A stretch of DNA of 64,000 bases from Mytilus edulis (Eukaryota): positions 50,096,001 to 50,160,000 of the forward strand of contig NC_092355.1 of assembly GCF_963676685.1 (NCBI RefSeq). Direction: 5' to 3'. Below the pieces are notes generated by a model that searched no databases, was not told where the DNA came from, and saw nothing but the letters and a program-made list of their open reading frames with translations. This document shows positions 22,959 to 37,894 of this stretch, one piece after another (the stretch's first letter is position 1; each line of letters opens with the position of its first letter). The position numbers and the translations under genes were made by a program.

Positions 22959-25900
22959 ATGAGTAATAATTTAAATATTTGCTCCTTGAACTGCCAAGGG
23001 CTAGGAAAAAAAGAAAAGCGAGACAGACTATATATTTGGTGTGAAAATCAAAAATGTGACATCTTGTTTATTCAAGAGTCCCATTTCACCGATAAAAACA
23101 TAAATGTAATAAATAGTGAAACTAAATGTAAGATATACCATAGCTTTGGCAATTCCCTATCCAGAGGTGTTTCAATTTTAATTAAAGAAAACATAAATCA
23201 CAAAATAATAAATGAAATTAAAGATGAGGAGGGCAGGTTTATTCTAATTAATGTAGAACTTGATAATAACATCTTCACTTTAGTTAATTTTTATGCACCA
23301 AATATACAAAGAAATAGAAATTCTTTCTTCAAAAAAATAAACAACTTAATTGAAAATAATAGATTAGGCATTTTAATACTTGGAGGGGATATAAATGAAA
23401 GTCTGACTGAAAACGACAGAAAAAGTACAAGTACACAAAAATTTAATAAACCTGTAAATAGTTTGAAACAATTAATAAAAAAACATAAGTTAGTTGATAT
23501 ATGGAGAGAAATTAACCCAAACAAAAGACAGTTCACCTGGAGAAGGAAAAATAACTTTAACATAGCAAGCAGAATAGATTATTTTCTTATTAGCTCTGAT
23601 ATAAGACCACATATTACAGCAGCAGATATTAGACCCGCTGCTATTTCTTACACTGATCATCAGGCAATTTCATTAAAGCTAAGACACAAAGCACACAGTA
23701 GAGGCCGAGGTTTCTTTAAAATTAATAACAGTATATTGAATGACACAAAATATCAAAATCTCATTAATAACTTAATTCAAACTTATAAACAAAAAATACT
23801 TACTACGGCTGTAGATCCTCGAGTTAAGTGGGACGTTTTTAAAGCTGAAGTAAGAGACATAACCATTAAATACTGTAGGCAAAAACAAGCTGAAAATAAA
23901 AATGAAATAATTAAATTAGAACTGTCATTAAAAAAATTGAACGAAAATGCAGAAAACTTACAGGATAATAATGTTCAAAATAGAATAAACAATGCTGAGA
24001 AAAAACTAGAGAACCTTTACATAAATGAAGCAAAGGGAGCTCAGGTTAGATCACGTGTAAAATGGACAGAAGAAGGAGAAAAAAACACAAAATTTTTTAT
24101 AGGCCTTGAAAAATCCAGACAAACTCATAAAAATATTTCTGCACTTACGAATGAAAAAGGAGAAATTATAACAGATTCATCTGAAATTTTAAAGTTAGAA
24201 AAAAACTTCTATGAAAATTTATATAAAAGTACAAATCCTAATGAAAATGAAATAAAAAAATATATAACAGAAACAAAAGTAGATAAAACTCTTTCTCATG
24301 AGGAAACTCAAAATCTAGAAGGGGAGCTTACCATAAAGGAATGTACAGAAGCTATTAAATCTATGAAATTAAATAAATCACCGGGCATCGACGGGATCAG
24401 TGTAGAATTTTATCGAACCTTCTGGACAAATTTAAAAGAAATTGTTGTTAAAGTTTTTAACACATGCTATCAAAAGGAAGAAATGAGCACACTACAAAAA
24501 ATAGGAGTAGTCTCTTTATTATATAAAAAGGGAAACCCACTTCTTTTAGACAACTATAGACCAATTACTTTACTCAATGTTGATACAAAGCTTATGGCAT
24601 ATTCTTTAGCACAACGTCTTAAACCAATACTAACTAAAATCATCCATAGTGACCAAAATGGTTACATAAAAAATAGATATATAGGTTTCAACATTCGTCA
24701 AATTCAAGACATAATAGACCATGCAGAATACTTTAATATTGAAGGAGCATTGCTCTTCATAGATTTTTCCAAGGCCTTTGACTCATTGGAATGGCCATTT
24801 ATGTATGAAGCACTCAAGAAATTCGGCCTTCCAAATCCTTTTATCAAATGGGTTAAAACTCTGTACAAAGACATAACGGGTTGTATGTTAAACAATGGGT
24901 GGGTCTCATCACCATATAACATTAATCGCGGTATTAGACAAGGCTGCCCGTTAAGTTCCCTGATTTTTGTTATTGCTGTAGAAATTTTGTCCTGCAGAAT
25001 AAGACAAGACAACAACATCAAAGGTTTTCAAATTAAGTTAGATACTAAAACACACAGTTTAAAGATTTCTCAATTAGCTGACGACACAACACTTTTTCTA
25101 AAATCAAAAAATGAAGTACGTCACACTCTTAATATTATTGAAATCTTTGGAACGCTATCAGGTTTAAAATTAAATAGATCAAAAACTGAGGGCATTTGGT
25201 TAGGAAAATTAAAACATTGTAAAGATAAGTTTGAAAATATAACATGGAATAAAGGACCAATAAAAAGTCTAGGAGTTTATTTTGGAACAGATCGAGCTGA
25301 ATGTGATAAGCTGAATACTGAAAAAATAATACAGAAATGTGACAAATTAATAAGTAATTGGAAAAAAAGAAATCTTACAATGATAGGTAAAATAACAGTT
25401 GTAAAATCTCTTCTTATACCTAACCTTACATATTTAGCTTCAGTCACAAACCTACCACATGAATTTATTCAACAGTTTAAAACTATTATCTACAATTTTA
25501 TATGGGATGGTAAACGAGAAAAGGTCAAACGAACCACCCTTAGCAAAAATACTACTACGGGAGGGCTTAAAATGACAGATATAGACAATTATATAACTGC
25601 ACTACAAATAGCATGGATAAAAAGACTTACTGCAGATGATTTTGCTAACTGGGAAGTAATTCCGACATTTTACTTTAATAAATTTGGTGCTAATTTCATG
25701 CTACTTTACATGAATCTAGACAACATTTACTCAATACAAAACCTACATAAAACTTTACCAAAATTCTACTTAGAAATTGTAAAGTCTTGGTTCAAAGTAC
25801 AAAATTTAAATAATACCAAACTCAATATGAATTTTAAAAACATTAGACAACAAATCTTATGGGGAAACAAACTGATAAAATTTCAAGGAAAGTGTTTAGT

Positions 25901-26068
25901 TTTTATAAATTGGATAAAAGAAGGTATTATATACGTTAACGATATAATAGACCAAAATGGTAATATCTCTCAAGAAATAATATCTAATAAAATATCCTCA
26001 AAATCCAATTTAATGTTTGAAATTTCAAAACTTAATTATGCCTTACCAAATGAATGGCTCAAGGTACT
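22959..26068 (+). CDS. LINE ORF2 5' part (APE endonuclease + RT), interrupted by the CACTA insertion
   Basis: APE motifs SLNCQGL, IQESH, GGDIN, SRIDY, TDH; RT motifs KSPGIDG, YRPITLLN, DFSKAFDS, GIRQGCPLS, QLADD. Confidence 0.93.
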
Positions 26069-28008
26069 CACTGCATGAAATGATGCATTTATTAGAAAAT
26101 TATATCCATATAAAAGCTAATATATATTTAAAATTTCAAAATTTATCATTAGTATAATCCATTTGAAAATATCTTATTTACACCGTATTTACTTTAAGTT
26201 TAATATAACCAATAAACTTTTAAGAATAAACCCAATTTACATATACTTTTAAAGTTGTATAAATCTAAAATTTATTTTCTTTTAAATTACAGTAAACCTA
26301 TTTAAATGAGAAATTTAAATTAGGGAAAATTTAAGTAAATTTAATAAAATTAGAAATTTAAAGCAGAACAAATGTCTTTATTTTTCTGATTTAAACCATT
26401 TACTGTGAATTAAATTTAAAGTTTACAAATGCAATAATTAAAATAAACTTTTTATATACTAATTTAAATATTGTTAAATTTTCGTAAATTTGAAAATTAT
26501 TCATATGTAATTGCCATTAAATTTAATATTTAATATCAATTTATTACCCGCAATAAACTGTTCCAAATGTTCTAAGTAACTTCTTTCTTCCTTTTTTTGT
26601 TTGTTTGTTTGTTTGTTTGTTTGTTCGTTTTTGTTTTTTTTTTTCGATTGTTATAAGCGTCAAAAAGGGGAAAGGGTGTGTGCAAATATGTTGATAGTTT
26701 GATGATTTACAAATCTACAAGATTCACAATTAACAAGAGTGTTTGTATTTTTATAAAGATGGTTAGGTGAGACTTAGGCCATAACCTTATGCACAAATTT
26801 GCTGTACCATATGGCTGTAAAAGTTTCAAGCTTCAGGTGTATCTTGACTTGCTACATGCCCCTATGTCATTTATCGTTTTTTGTTCCGTAATGAGGTAAA
26901 AAAGAAAAAAAAAGAACTGCATTTTGCTTCTAATATTCTAAACGCTAAAAAACGTTAAAAAGGACACCGGCACTTTGACTCAGCAAAAGGTAATTCGATC
27001 AATCAGTAATCAGAAGACTCTGGACTATGAATCTTAGAAAAGACTGCCCTGAGAATATTTTCACATCAAACAATTAGAATCACGAAATTGCAACGATAAA
27101 CACCAAAATCGAGCAGCACACCTATATCATATTTCCGATACTCAAGAAGTACATTTTGCAATATAAAACTCTGATATTATATTTTTCTTATTTACACAAG
27201 AAGCCCCGGAACAAGCTATTTAGAAGTATTAATAATAAAGTAAATACATTTTATGTGGTCATATTCTTTATTATACACATTCAAATAGCTACATGTTTGA
27301 AGAAGTGTTACATATTTGGCATCACATTCTGATCAAACCTTATTTTGATAAATATAAATTTAAACAAACTGAAAACGTATTCATTATATTTCTATATTCA
27401 TTTTTTACATTAGATTTATGATTTTTTTTTTCTCGAGAAGTCAGCGTAATGATGACATGTACATATATGTTCATTATTCGCCATACCCTGTTCCTCGTGA
27501 GAAGGGGCAACCAAGATAAGCAAATCTATTTATAAAAAACCATAAAAATAAATGTAATGAATTTTGTGAATTGATTAATAGTTTTAGTGGAAAAAAATGA
27601 TAAGACAAAACAAATGAATAACACATCATAATCAATGACATACACATGCTACATTTCATTTAAAAATAAACATGTACATTATTGAAAGAATAGATCCAAG
27701 CGAACAAAATTTTACAAAAAAATAAACAATTGTGTACAAAAGTGAAAATATGTTTGTGTACAGCGCGTGTGTGTCAATCCGCCGCTTCCCTATCCCACCA
27801 AGCATATCAAATGGTTTTACGTTAAGGGAGAATGACCCGTGGTTCTTTTCATGTTTAGCTGAAACTGAATATAAACACAATGAAACGAGACGGCAACATA
27901 AGTTCAAATTAATTCGTCGTAATAAGTTAAACAAGACCATGTATGCATGCCAAAATGTTTATTAGTACATGTATCTGAAATGACTGATGGTCAAAACTCC
28001 ATATCACC

Positions 28009-31000
28009 TTAGCCAAACATCCACTCCAGTCCCTTGGGCTTTTTGGGACACGGTCTATCTGAAGGCTCCCCGACTGTTCTTTTGGATTTTAATCTCTTCC
28101 CCTGAGCATTTAACATACGATCGTATTTTCTATCCAAACGCTGTATCAGCTGTTTAAACTCTGTCGACACCCACGACAGAGGACGTGTAACGAAGATAGA
28201 ATCGTCCTCAGAATCGGAATCTTCTGAGGACATGGTTTCAATCTCCAATGCTTTCATGAACCTTTCCTCCTCCTTTGGATCAATTTTTCTTTCTTTTAGG
28301 GTTCTTCTTCGGTTGATAAGTTTCTGAAAAACGATACATATGTACAATATACCTTAAATGTTAAACTCAGAAGATGGTGAAATAAAAATTTAAGTAAATA
28401 CCACTTGATGTATAATTTGGATTATTTCCCTTGCATTACTATCAACAAACGAAATTGAAATCGCTATAAATAACGAATAATTAAGTATTGGTACCTTGTA
28501 CAGTTGTTTTCGTATATAGCATAGGCGTATCATCGGGGTCACTTAACTCGGATTAAAAATAAACAGTGTGATTTTAGGGTAAAATGGGTCCCCCTCTTTT
28601 ACAGATTTTAAACAAGGCGCTCTCCTTTTATTTAGAAAAATCCGGACCCGTCTCTGAGTAAGCGATTTGTTAAAATGGTACTTTTCTCATTTACAAAAAA
28701 GTATTGAAGTATGAAAACCATGAATTAACCATTATAATATACGGAAATGAAAAATGAACCTTCAAATCTCTTCATCAAACTGCCTACAACAAATTGATTA
28801 CGTTTAATTCATTTGAACTCATCAAAAGCATCAACCATCTCCTTGGTGTTATATAAGTTTCAATGTGTCTTTAATCAATCTTTATTGAAATTCCTATCTT
28901 AAGAATAATTATCGCCGATGTTTATTCCTAATCCAGATGACTAAAACTGTCTCAAGTGTTAATTCAGTACATACCCTGTGTTTTCGGCCATAGAGAACCA
29001 TTTTTCTATTATGTTCTTCCTTTTTCCCTGTTAACTCCATTATCTCCTTCTGTTTAACAGAATTGAAATACGTTTCAATCCCACCTGCAGAAAAAAAAAG
29101 AACTATGTGAAAATATCAAACCTAAAATTAATACTTCACTGCCAAAGCCTAAATGAAATAATATAAAAAAAAACAGAATAACGCCTCGAACACCAGTACA
29201 GTTTGAATTAAAGGTCCATACATGTTACGCATTGATAAACAAACTGAGGAGGGTTGGGATCCCGCCAATATTTCAGGAGCCAGTGATTCATTGGTTTTCG
29301 TTTGTGTATATGTTACATATTTGTTTTTCGTTCATTTTCTGTACGTTAATTAGGCTGTTAGTTTTCTCGTTTGAATTTTTATACATTGTCATTTCGAGGC
29401 CTTTTATAGCTGATTATGCGGTATGGGCTTTGCTCATTATTGAAGTCCGTACGGTAACCTATAGTTGTTAATATCTGTGTAATTTTGGTCTCTAGTGGAA
29501 AGTTGTCTCATTTGCATTACCACATCTTCTTTTTTATATAAAAAGTTAAAAGTTGAGGGATTTTAGAGCATGCGTATTCTGTTGCCATAGTTAACATGGT
29601 TAAGCGTCCTTAAGTTCAAAGGACACAAACCGAAACTATACCGACTACGTCGGAAAAAAGGCGATGTAGGAATGGCAATTAATCACTTAGGGTAAAGAAA
29701 GACATCGGATACTGTCGTAAATTTACGGCCATTTGATATTCATGGAGGAATTTGGGGATGATCGAATCATTCTTTTCACTTTTTACTAAGCGCGTTTATT
29801 TGATATTGTTTTTGTTGTTTTGTTTGTTTTGGTGTTTGGTTGGATTTTTTTATTTTTGGGGGGGGGGGGGTCGTTTGAAAAAAGTAATTCCCAATCCACC
29901 ATACAATCATAAGTTTAAGAAAACAAGTGATAAAACGCATTGGATAGGTAACTTTAATCGTCTGTAACGACTGTTACAAAATATTATAAGTATAGGTGCT
30001 GCAGCTATAGATGTACTTACACCTGATCACGCCCTCTTCAACAGTTTGATGCTGACCCTTCACATAGATCAAAATCGCCTCTGTCATTGCTTTATTTTCT
30101 TCCGAATTGCATCTATGAATATAAGAATATGTTCATCATCAGTTTCCTTATTTTGAAATTAAACTCATATAGTTCGTTTATTGATACTTTAAACATACTT
30201 GTAACAGAAAGAAAAATGTGGACTAGCCTTCCTTGTCCTTTATATTAAAAAAAAAAGAATTGTCACTATACATGTAGGTGCATTTACGTTGCATACAGGG
30301 GACACTTAATTTACAGGCGGGCTATACAGTTCATAAAAGGCAGAAACGTTTTGATTTGATAACAAACTATTTAAAATAAATAAATAAATAAAAAAAATAA
30401 CATCCATCCGTACATTGCTATACTTTTGTTTGGTTTGTCAACATACAGCGACTCCTTGGACGCAATAGAACGACCATAATCCACACCATTGAATGAGGAA
30501 TCGGATGGTATATGATTGCTTTAATTTTTAATAAATATGCCGTGTTAAGTCTAAGCCATTAATTTCTCTGTTTTCTATAAGGAGTGTGCTCTTCCGTCCC
30601 ACTGCCCAAGCAAGTTCTTAAAAGGTCTTCAGATGTCAAAGTCATCTCGGACTAGGTATTCGATTGCTGTTTTAAGATACATGTTATACTCACTTTAGTA
30701 CTGTACCGGCTGCAGTTTTTGTGGTCCACTTTAACCCATTTGCTCTCTTATTATGTTTAAATCCGTCACGTACAGATTGCTGTAAAAAGTTTAAAGTAAA
30801 CATTATTATATTTCGAATGATGAGTAATGTATTAAAAAAACCAAATGAAAACAAGTATGTTAATTGATTACACAGTATCATCATGACTGTATGCATACAT
30901 GTATATTGATAACTTAATATTTGATTGGTTAAGGCTACTAGTTTATTCCAAGTGACATTAAATAAAACAACAGTAAGAAATGAAATACCTTTATATATGC

Positions 31001-32549
31001 AGGCACGTGAATCTCATTTTTACTTTTATTCAGCTGCTTTCCATTTTCTGGTCTTTTTTCCAAAGTTTTTAACATGGAAAGGCATTCTCCAACAAGAGCA
31101 TTTTGTTTGACAAACTGTTCTTGGAGAAATGTCCTTTGATTGTCAAATAACTTCTCAAGTGTCTGAAAATACAAATATGTTGATATATTTAAACTATCAT
31201 TGGTATTATTAATAATTCACCAATCGTGTGTCAATTTATAGTATTGCACCGTGGATTAGACTTGAACATAAATATGATGATTGAAAGTTATTGAAAAAAA
31301 GAATAGAATGAGATCTTAAAAATAACCATGTACATAACCCTATTGCCTACAAAACTTAAGTATAAATTGCGTTTTTTTAGTTTGTTTGAAATACTGTCAA
31401 TTTTGATTTCGTACTAGAAGAGATAATTCATATGACAATATGCACTTCGCTTTATTTCAGACAGGGCAAAAAAACTGTGGCTGTGCAGTTAATGTATAAT
31501 TCTTAATTTTTTTTTAAATTATCAATTAAATGTGCGACATAACCTTGTTAAATATAATATATGAAGGGGTTATATTTAAAATTGAACGTGTTATGCTTTC
31601 AAATAAAAGAAATAGATTTTCTCCAGCTTAGTTTCCTTTTAGCGAAAGACCTTTATATATATATATATATATATATTGGCGTTTATACTAGCACTTAAGA
31701 TAATACATTTTTTAATCTTCAGGTTGTACGTACCCAACACCTTGACTAATATAAATATTAATTTGGCTCGTTTAATTTTCATAAAATTTTGACAAAATAT
31801 TTACTTTGACCCTTTGACAAAAAATTTAAAAAAAAATCAAAAATTTGAATCAACCACTTTATAAGAAAAATTTCATTTGTTATAAAGCAGTTTGACTAAG
31901 AAGCCTAATATTTCCTTAACAGTACAAAGTGATTGAAACGTTTAACTGAATTTCGGAGTTTTCTCCCTGTAGTATTAGGTACAACCTTAACCAAAGCATT
32001 CATTCAAGGAACCGTAAAAGCTGTCACATCAATCAAAATGAAATATCATTAAACTGATAAAAGTATCCTTATCAAATCTAAAATGGAAATGACCACGCCA
32101 CAAGATGATAAAATTATAATATCGCCTCATTCATGCCTATCAATTCCCAATCGTCATTATATATCGTGGAAGTATGTCAATTTATTACTTCAATTGGTTA
32201 CACACATATGTTCATAAGTTATAAAGTGAAGTACCTTAATACACGAGCTGGATATACGTGTAGTGTTTTCTTGTTGCACTCTACCCAGTAAAGGGGTACT
32301 GGTTTGTCGGGTATACGACCGAGGAGTATCTTGTGGCCCTCCACAAGCACCTGACGAAACTGTGACTGGGCTATTTGCTATAACTGGACTCTGAGTCTCA
32401 AAATGTGGCCTCCATATCTGTGCTGGACTTGGGCTTCTTCCTTGCTCAGGGACTTCGGAAGTCTGTGATGACTCAAGGAACAAATGCATGCTGCTGTCCC
32501 CAATATCTGGATCCTCATCAGAAGACATCAAAGAGTTGAAAGTTGACAT
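28009..32549 (-). CDS. six-exon accessory gene of the CACTA element, ~363 aa, C14orf93-like C-terminus; exons 32549-32235, 31162-30989, 30779-30694, 30112-30021, 29084-28975, 28323-28009
   Basis: All five introns GT-AG with compatible phases (0,0,2,1,0) giving one open frame; C-terminal MSSEDSDSEDD...FVTRPLSWVS...LD motif recalls C14orf93-like proteins (family call is from memory). Confidence 0.82.
31720..31990. mobile_element. small MITE in intron 1 of the accessory gene
   Basis: Inverted termini AGGTTGTAC... / ...GTACAACCT followed by TAA. Confidence 0.5.
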
Positions 32550-33860
32550 TTTGAGGTATGTGCAAATCTTAGAATTCGGAGTTGTGTTTAGAGAGTAAAT
32601 TTTTTATATAAATGAATATGTGTATAGATTCTGATCTTTATAGCCAACTTGCAATTGTTACAACTGCATGCCACATGACCAGAAACAGATTTATCCTATG
32701 CAATTTACAGTGATCTTCGATGACATCAAAGTTCTTCATCTCTATGTGTATAAGGGATCAAAGCTTCCGTGTGTGACATATTAACAAAAGCACTCCTCCT
32801 TTTAGTTAGTCATACAATAGTTAGTGAATGGGACGGAGAAAATAATTATTTGCAACAATTGTGATAATGGTTCAGAAAGGAACTTCAAAATTAACATTGT
32901 GCTACTCATTTACAGATCAAAGTATTTGTATACATTGCATGAACAATATTGTTTAATTACCAGTTCGAGAAATCTTTCAATATTATCATGTATAGATATT
33001 TGATGGTTAAAAAAGAGACTGATTTATTATGATACATGTTTTTATCATTCATATACTACATTTGATAATTGATGATTATTTTCCTTTTTCTATCTTTCAG
33101 TAAATTAAGGTCGCATATTCAAAAGTGCGTAATCATCTCCCTTTATTCATTTGATTATATTATGTACAATAATCAAGTCAATAAAAATTGTAACAGATGT
33201 TAAAAAAAATAATAAACTTTTAAGGAACCGAGTTTTTTCCTAAAAAATATTCTGGTCAAGCAGATGTAAAAGAAAAAATGATTTTTTTTATTGATAGCGT
33301 AAAGGGGAAAAAGGGGGGGGGGGGGGGGGGGGTGGGGTCTGACTCAGACAAAACTTTTGAAAAACACCTCCCCTCCCTTTGAAGTAAAACGGTTGCTCCC
33401 TAAACACAAGTGTTACAAAGTTTACCATTACGAAATTAAAGGGATCGTTAACTTCATTTTGTTTTTATTGTATACACTAGAACACATCCGCGATATCACA
33501 GGTCCGTGACTGAATAAAAGTATATAACTATGTGCAAGCCTTATTTTCGCCTGAATTTTTAGTATTGGTATTGTAATCTGAAAAAGTCATGCTGATTATA
33601 ATATGCACAGCTTTCTTTGCTTTCAAAATCTTTCTTGTTTGAACTCTTCGAACTGGAACTTATCAATTATGGTAATAAGATAGATTAGAATTTTATTAAT
33701 CTAACCAAGAACCTATAAAGGGCATCATTTTACAACAATATTATGACAATATGATTGGTAATATTAATTATAGGGGAAACAAAAGGGTCTGGAATGTTTA
33801 ATCAACTTAAGTGTCTTATATTAGCTATATATAAACAGTTGAAGGACGCCTCCGGTGCGC

Positions 33861-34026
33861 CATAGACGGATCCAGAGTGGGGTCAGAGGGCCCGGGCCCG
33901 GCCCCCTTTCATGGGTAAAATTTGGTGATTATATAGGAAATCACCGAAGCATGGCTGTAGCCCCCCTTTAAGGTCAGTCAGAGCGCCCCCCCCCCCCCTT
34001 TATGAAAAATTCTGGATCCGCCACTG
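33861..34026. mobile_element. GC-rich MITE (CAGTGGCGGATCCAG type) inserted in another repeat
   Basis: Imperfect inverted ends CATAGACGGATCCAGA / TCTGGATCCGCCACTG interrupting GAAGGACGCCTCCGGTGCG|GGAGTTTCTCGC, which is seen uninterrupted at ~42810-42840. Confidence 0.6.
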
Positions 34027-35398
34027 TGCGGGAGTTTCTCGCTGCATTGAAGAACTATGGGTGACCTTCTGCTGTTGTCTGTTCCATGGTCGGGTTGTTG
34101 TCTCTTTGACACATTCTCCATTTCTATTCTCAATTTTATCTATTACAAGACCTTCCTATAGAATTTATTGTTAACTTGTTCTCGTTATGAACATGCATGA
34201 AACATTTGCAACAGGATTTTAAGAAACCAATAATCAATCTTATGCAAGTTTATACACAAAAAATGACAAAGGTCAACTGTGTCCCACACATAAGAAATAT
34301 TATATTTTAAAATTTAAAGTCCTGACCGCAAAGACACCTCCAATATATATGTATATCCACAGCCAGCAAAGTGATAACTTCCTAGCATTCAAACTGTAGG
34401 ATAATTTACCCGAACAGCTTATACCCAAAATGGGACAGATGGACAGAAAGATAAAAGGACACAAGGAAAAATTGACCCCTGATAACTATGCTTGTCTTTA
34501 TGTCTTTATAATGTATACTTTTAATTTTGTTTAGCTATATACAACTATGTCGATGTGCTACAAAATAACTTTTAAAAAGAAATGTCTTAGCTATAGGAAA
34601 CGACTATCGCCTCCGGGTGCGATAATTTCTCGCTGCATTAAAGACCTGTTGGTGACCTTCTGCTGTTGTCTGCTCTATGGTCGGGTTGTTGTCTCTTTGA
34701 CACATTTACCATTTCCATCTCAATTTGATTCAATTATAAGCAATAATGAAAATTGATAAATTAAATTTCATTATTTTAAGGCCAAAGTTACCGGACCTAA
34801 GCCCAATTAAGATAGCACGGGTAGGTCATAAGAAGCAAATATTATAAAAGCACATTTGTCCTTTATAAAACTCGCAAATGTCTAATTAAAAAAGCTCAAA
34901 TTTCTTATGAAAAAGCGCAAATGTCCTGCGCTGCATTGTATAGAAGATACATGTATGTCTGTCAATTAAATAAATTCTGTGAAGGTTTAACAGAAATGCT
35001 GACGTTGAAAAAGAGAAAATAAACCCAAAAATGAATCTAACTGTTGATGACATCACTACACATGCTAGATAAGGATTAGTTTTGTTACATAATTTTTATT
35101 TTATAATTTTAAGTTTCAATCATACAAAAGAAACATGAAAAATACAGAGGGATTTGGAATTAATAAGAATTTATATAAATCCGTTCCTCAAAGAAGGATT
35201 GTTATATCTAGATTTTGGCGACTTTAGTTGCAGTCAACAAATAGCAAATTGTAAAACTGCATGTACAGTAAATATTAAAACTGTTTGTGTTGGTTAGAGA
35301 CACATTTGTAATGATGATGACTTGTAAATTAAGACCGTGTTCACATCAAACGCTATGTACAGTAAACATGTTTACATTTGGTTTAATGTAATGTACAC

Positions 35399-35920
35399 GG
35401 TCACGTCCCATTAGTCCGACAACTATTATTCCGACAGCCCATTATTCCGACAGCCCAATACTCCGAAAGCCCACTATTCCGAAAACCCATTACTCCGACA
35501 GCCCATTACTCCGACAATGCATCTGTCTTGTGTGTATGCATGGATACATTTTCTTTAAGAAAGATACTATACCAATTTTGAAAAAGGACGCATACGGTCC
35601 AGACCGTACGCGTACGGTCCAAATACTCATACGGTCTGGAACATATATATAGAAAGTATTCGAACTACCTTAGTCTAATGTAATATATATACGGAGTTAT
35701 TTCTTAAAATATGTTATTACATAAACGTAATAATACAGACAGGCAAGAAATTAGTTAATCATGATACCCTGATACTTGACTTGATAAGTGTCTGAATTAT
35801 CGGTTCTCGGAGTATTGGGCTGTCGGATCAATAAGTTGTCGGACTATTGGGTTGTCAGACTAATGGGTTGTCGGACCAATGGGCTGTCGGACTAATGCGC
35901 TGTCGGAATAATGGCGTGTC
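35399..35920. mobile_element. foldback-type MITE with arrays of ~16-bp subterminal repeats
   Basis: (CCCATTATTCCGACAG)n on the left and inverted (CTGTCGGACTAATGGG)n on the right; 8-bp TSD ATGTACAC at 35391-35398 and 35921-35928. Confidence 0.85.
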
Positions 35921-37451
35921 ATGTACACTAGTTTCACCGTGATTAAATCTGTTCACATCTATACACCTTGTTTAGCTACATGTACAAAATATTTGTTCAC
36001 ACTTGTAAACTATATGTCATTTATATGTTCATTACCTAGAACCGAATTCAAATTTTCGAACAACTTTTCTAGCAGTTAGGGAACGACCATTTGACTTTAA
36101 TAAAAGGGGGGATGGATTTTCCCACAATTTGATTTAAAAAAATCGGATCATTCAGATGATAAGAATGAACAAATATTCTGAATCCAAAGTTTCCCCATAC
36201 ATTATAGTGTTAAATATTGAATTGGTACCATCGAAAACAATAACTAATTATAAACTTTCGCGCGAGAAAAAATTCAGTCTCAGAACCATTGACACCAATA
36301 TTTAGAGAAAATATTTTCCAAAAATAGTGTGGATGTTGTATGAGAACATTTGATTTGATAACTTCCAGTATACAATTATTTTTTTTTTTAGAAAAATCAG
36401 TCATTTCTTATTGAAATTCATATTAGAAATTTTAATATATAAATATAAAGATAAAATACTAAAAACACATATTTTGTTTTAATTTTTTGCATTGCAAAAA
36501 CTTTAAAAGAAAATAAAAGGGGGGACCTTGTGTATATAAAATTCAAACGTCAGAAGATTTTGCCACTAGCTGATTTTGATAACAATTTATTTATGTAGAA
36601 CAGTACTTTTACAATACATAATACACATGTGGTTATTTCTGGTCTTATCTTAGATGTTGTGGTAATCCGAAGATTTCCTGCTGTGATGACAAATAAACAA
36701 GTGTTTGAATTAATGGTTTGCCAATAAGCTGTTAAATGGTTAATGTTCAGGCTATTTTGCTGAAGAAACTCAAAATCTGGCGTTTGTCCTATAACTGTAG
36801 TTGAATTCCAAGATTTGTCGTTTTTACTCAGGGCGGCTAACAAACTGGACCTCGTTCTTTTATATAGATATCAAAAGTAAACATATTAATTAATTAAATG
36901 CACAGCCTGTTATCTAATCTTATCAGATTAAGTAATTACACTCATTAATTTTATTCAGTTGGAATGCAGATGCTGACTATTACGGTTTTGTAACGACCTT
37001 GACTGGCTATGATGCCCTTGCACAAGTTTAATACCTTTTTATCAATATGCATTATGATTTTATGGGAAAAAGGGTCTTCAAATTATTCAGAAAAACATAA
37101 AAAAGTATTTTATTTCCTGTACTTTCCAGGGCCAGTGTCAACGAAGCTGTCCTAGGACTAAGACATGTCTTAGGATGGTCTTAGGACACGTCTTAGTCCT
37201 AAGTCGGGTTAACGAAAGTCTCCTAAAATAGGATACGTCCTAAATTTGGTCCCAGGATATACAATTAGGTGTCTTAGGATAGTCCTAAAGGTTACATCGT
37301 TCTAAAACGTAATAAAAACAACAAATATCGCATAAACTACTATATTAAATATATTCTATTGTTATGAAACTTTGCAAGTAAGTGTTATAATTTATTAAGC
37401 TTTGGTCATACCAAGTTTTTTTAAGATTTGTCAACTCTTTCTATCCTATTA

Positions 37452-37894
37452 GGTCCGAGACCACAATTGTCGTCCGGCCTTGATTTCACGAATATAGTCC
37501 CTAGTGTTAACAGTGGGTTACTTGCCAATAATTGTTATACCTCTTAATTTATTTCTCCATGTTTAATGCCTCAAATTGTAAGTAGGGGGGTGAAATTACA
37601 CTGTAAAAAAAATTGGGGCCAGAATTTTACAAGAAAGTAGTGATTTGGTCCAGCTGAAAAAGGTGAAAAATTAGCACTTCGGAAGCTGTCAAAAGATTTC
37701 AAGACACCCTAAACACAAAATTGTCCATATTTTGAGTTAGAGGCGATTAAGATTTCTATAATTTTGATATAATTAGTCCCAAAAGTAGTACAACACACTG
37801 TAAAAATTTCATTGAGAAAGCGCAGGTGGGATTTTTTAAATTTTCGTTTATGTTCTATAAGAAACGCACTACGAATTAATTGTGTTCTCGGACC
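37452..37894. mobile_element. MITE with 17-bp TIRs
   Basis: GGTCCGAGACCACAATT / AATTGTGTTCTCGGACC (one mismatch). Confidence 0.75.

Noticed and set aside
35399-35920. CRISPR-like short repeat array
   Set aside because: No spacers; repeats are inverted at the two ends of a TSD-flanked MITE; eukaryotic context
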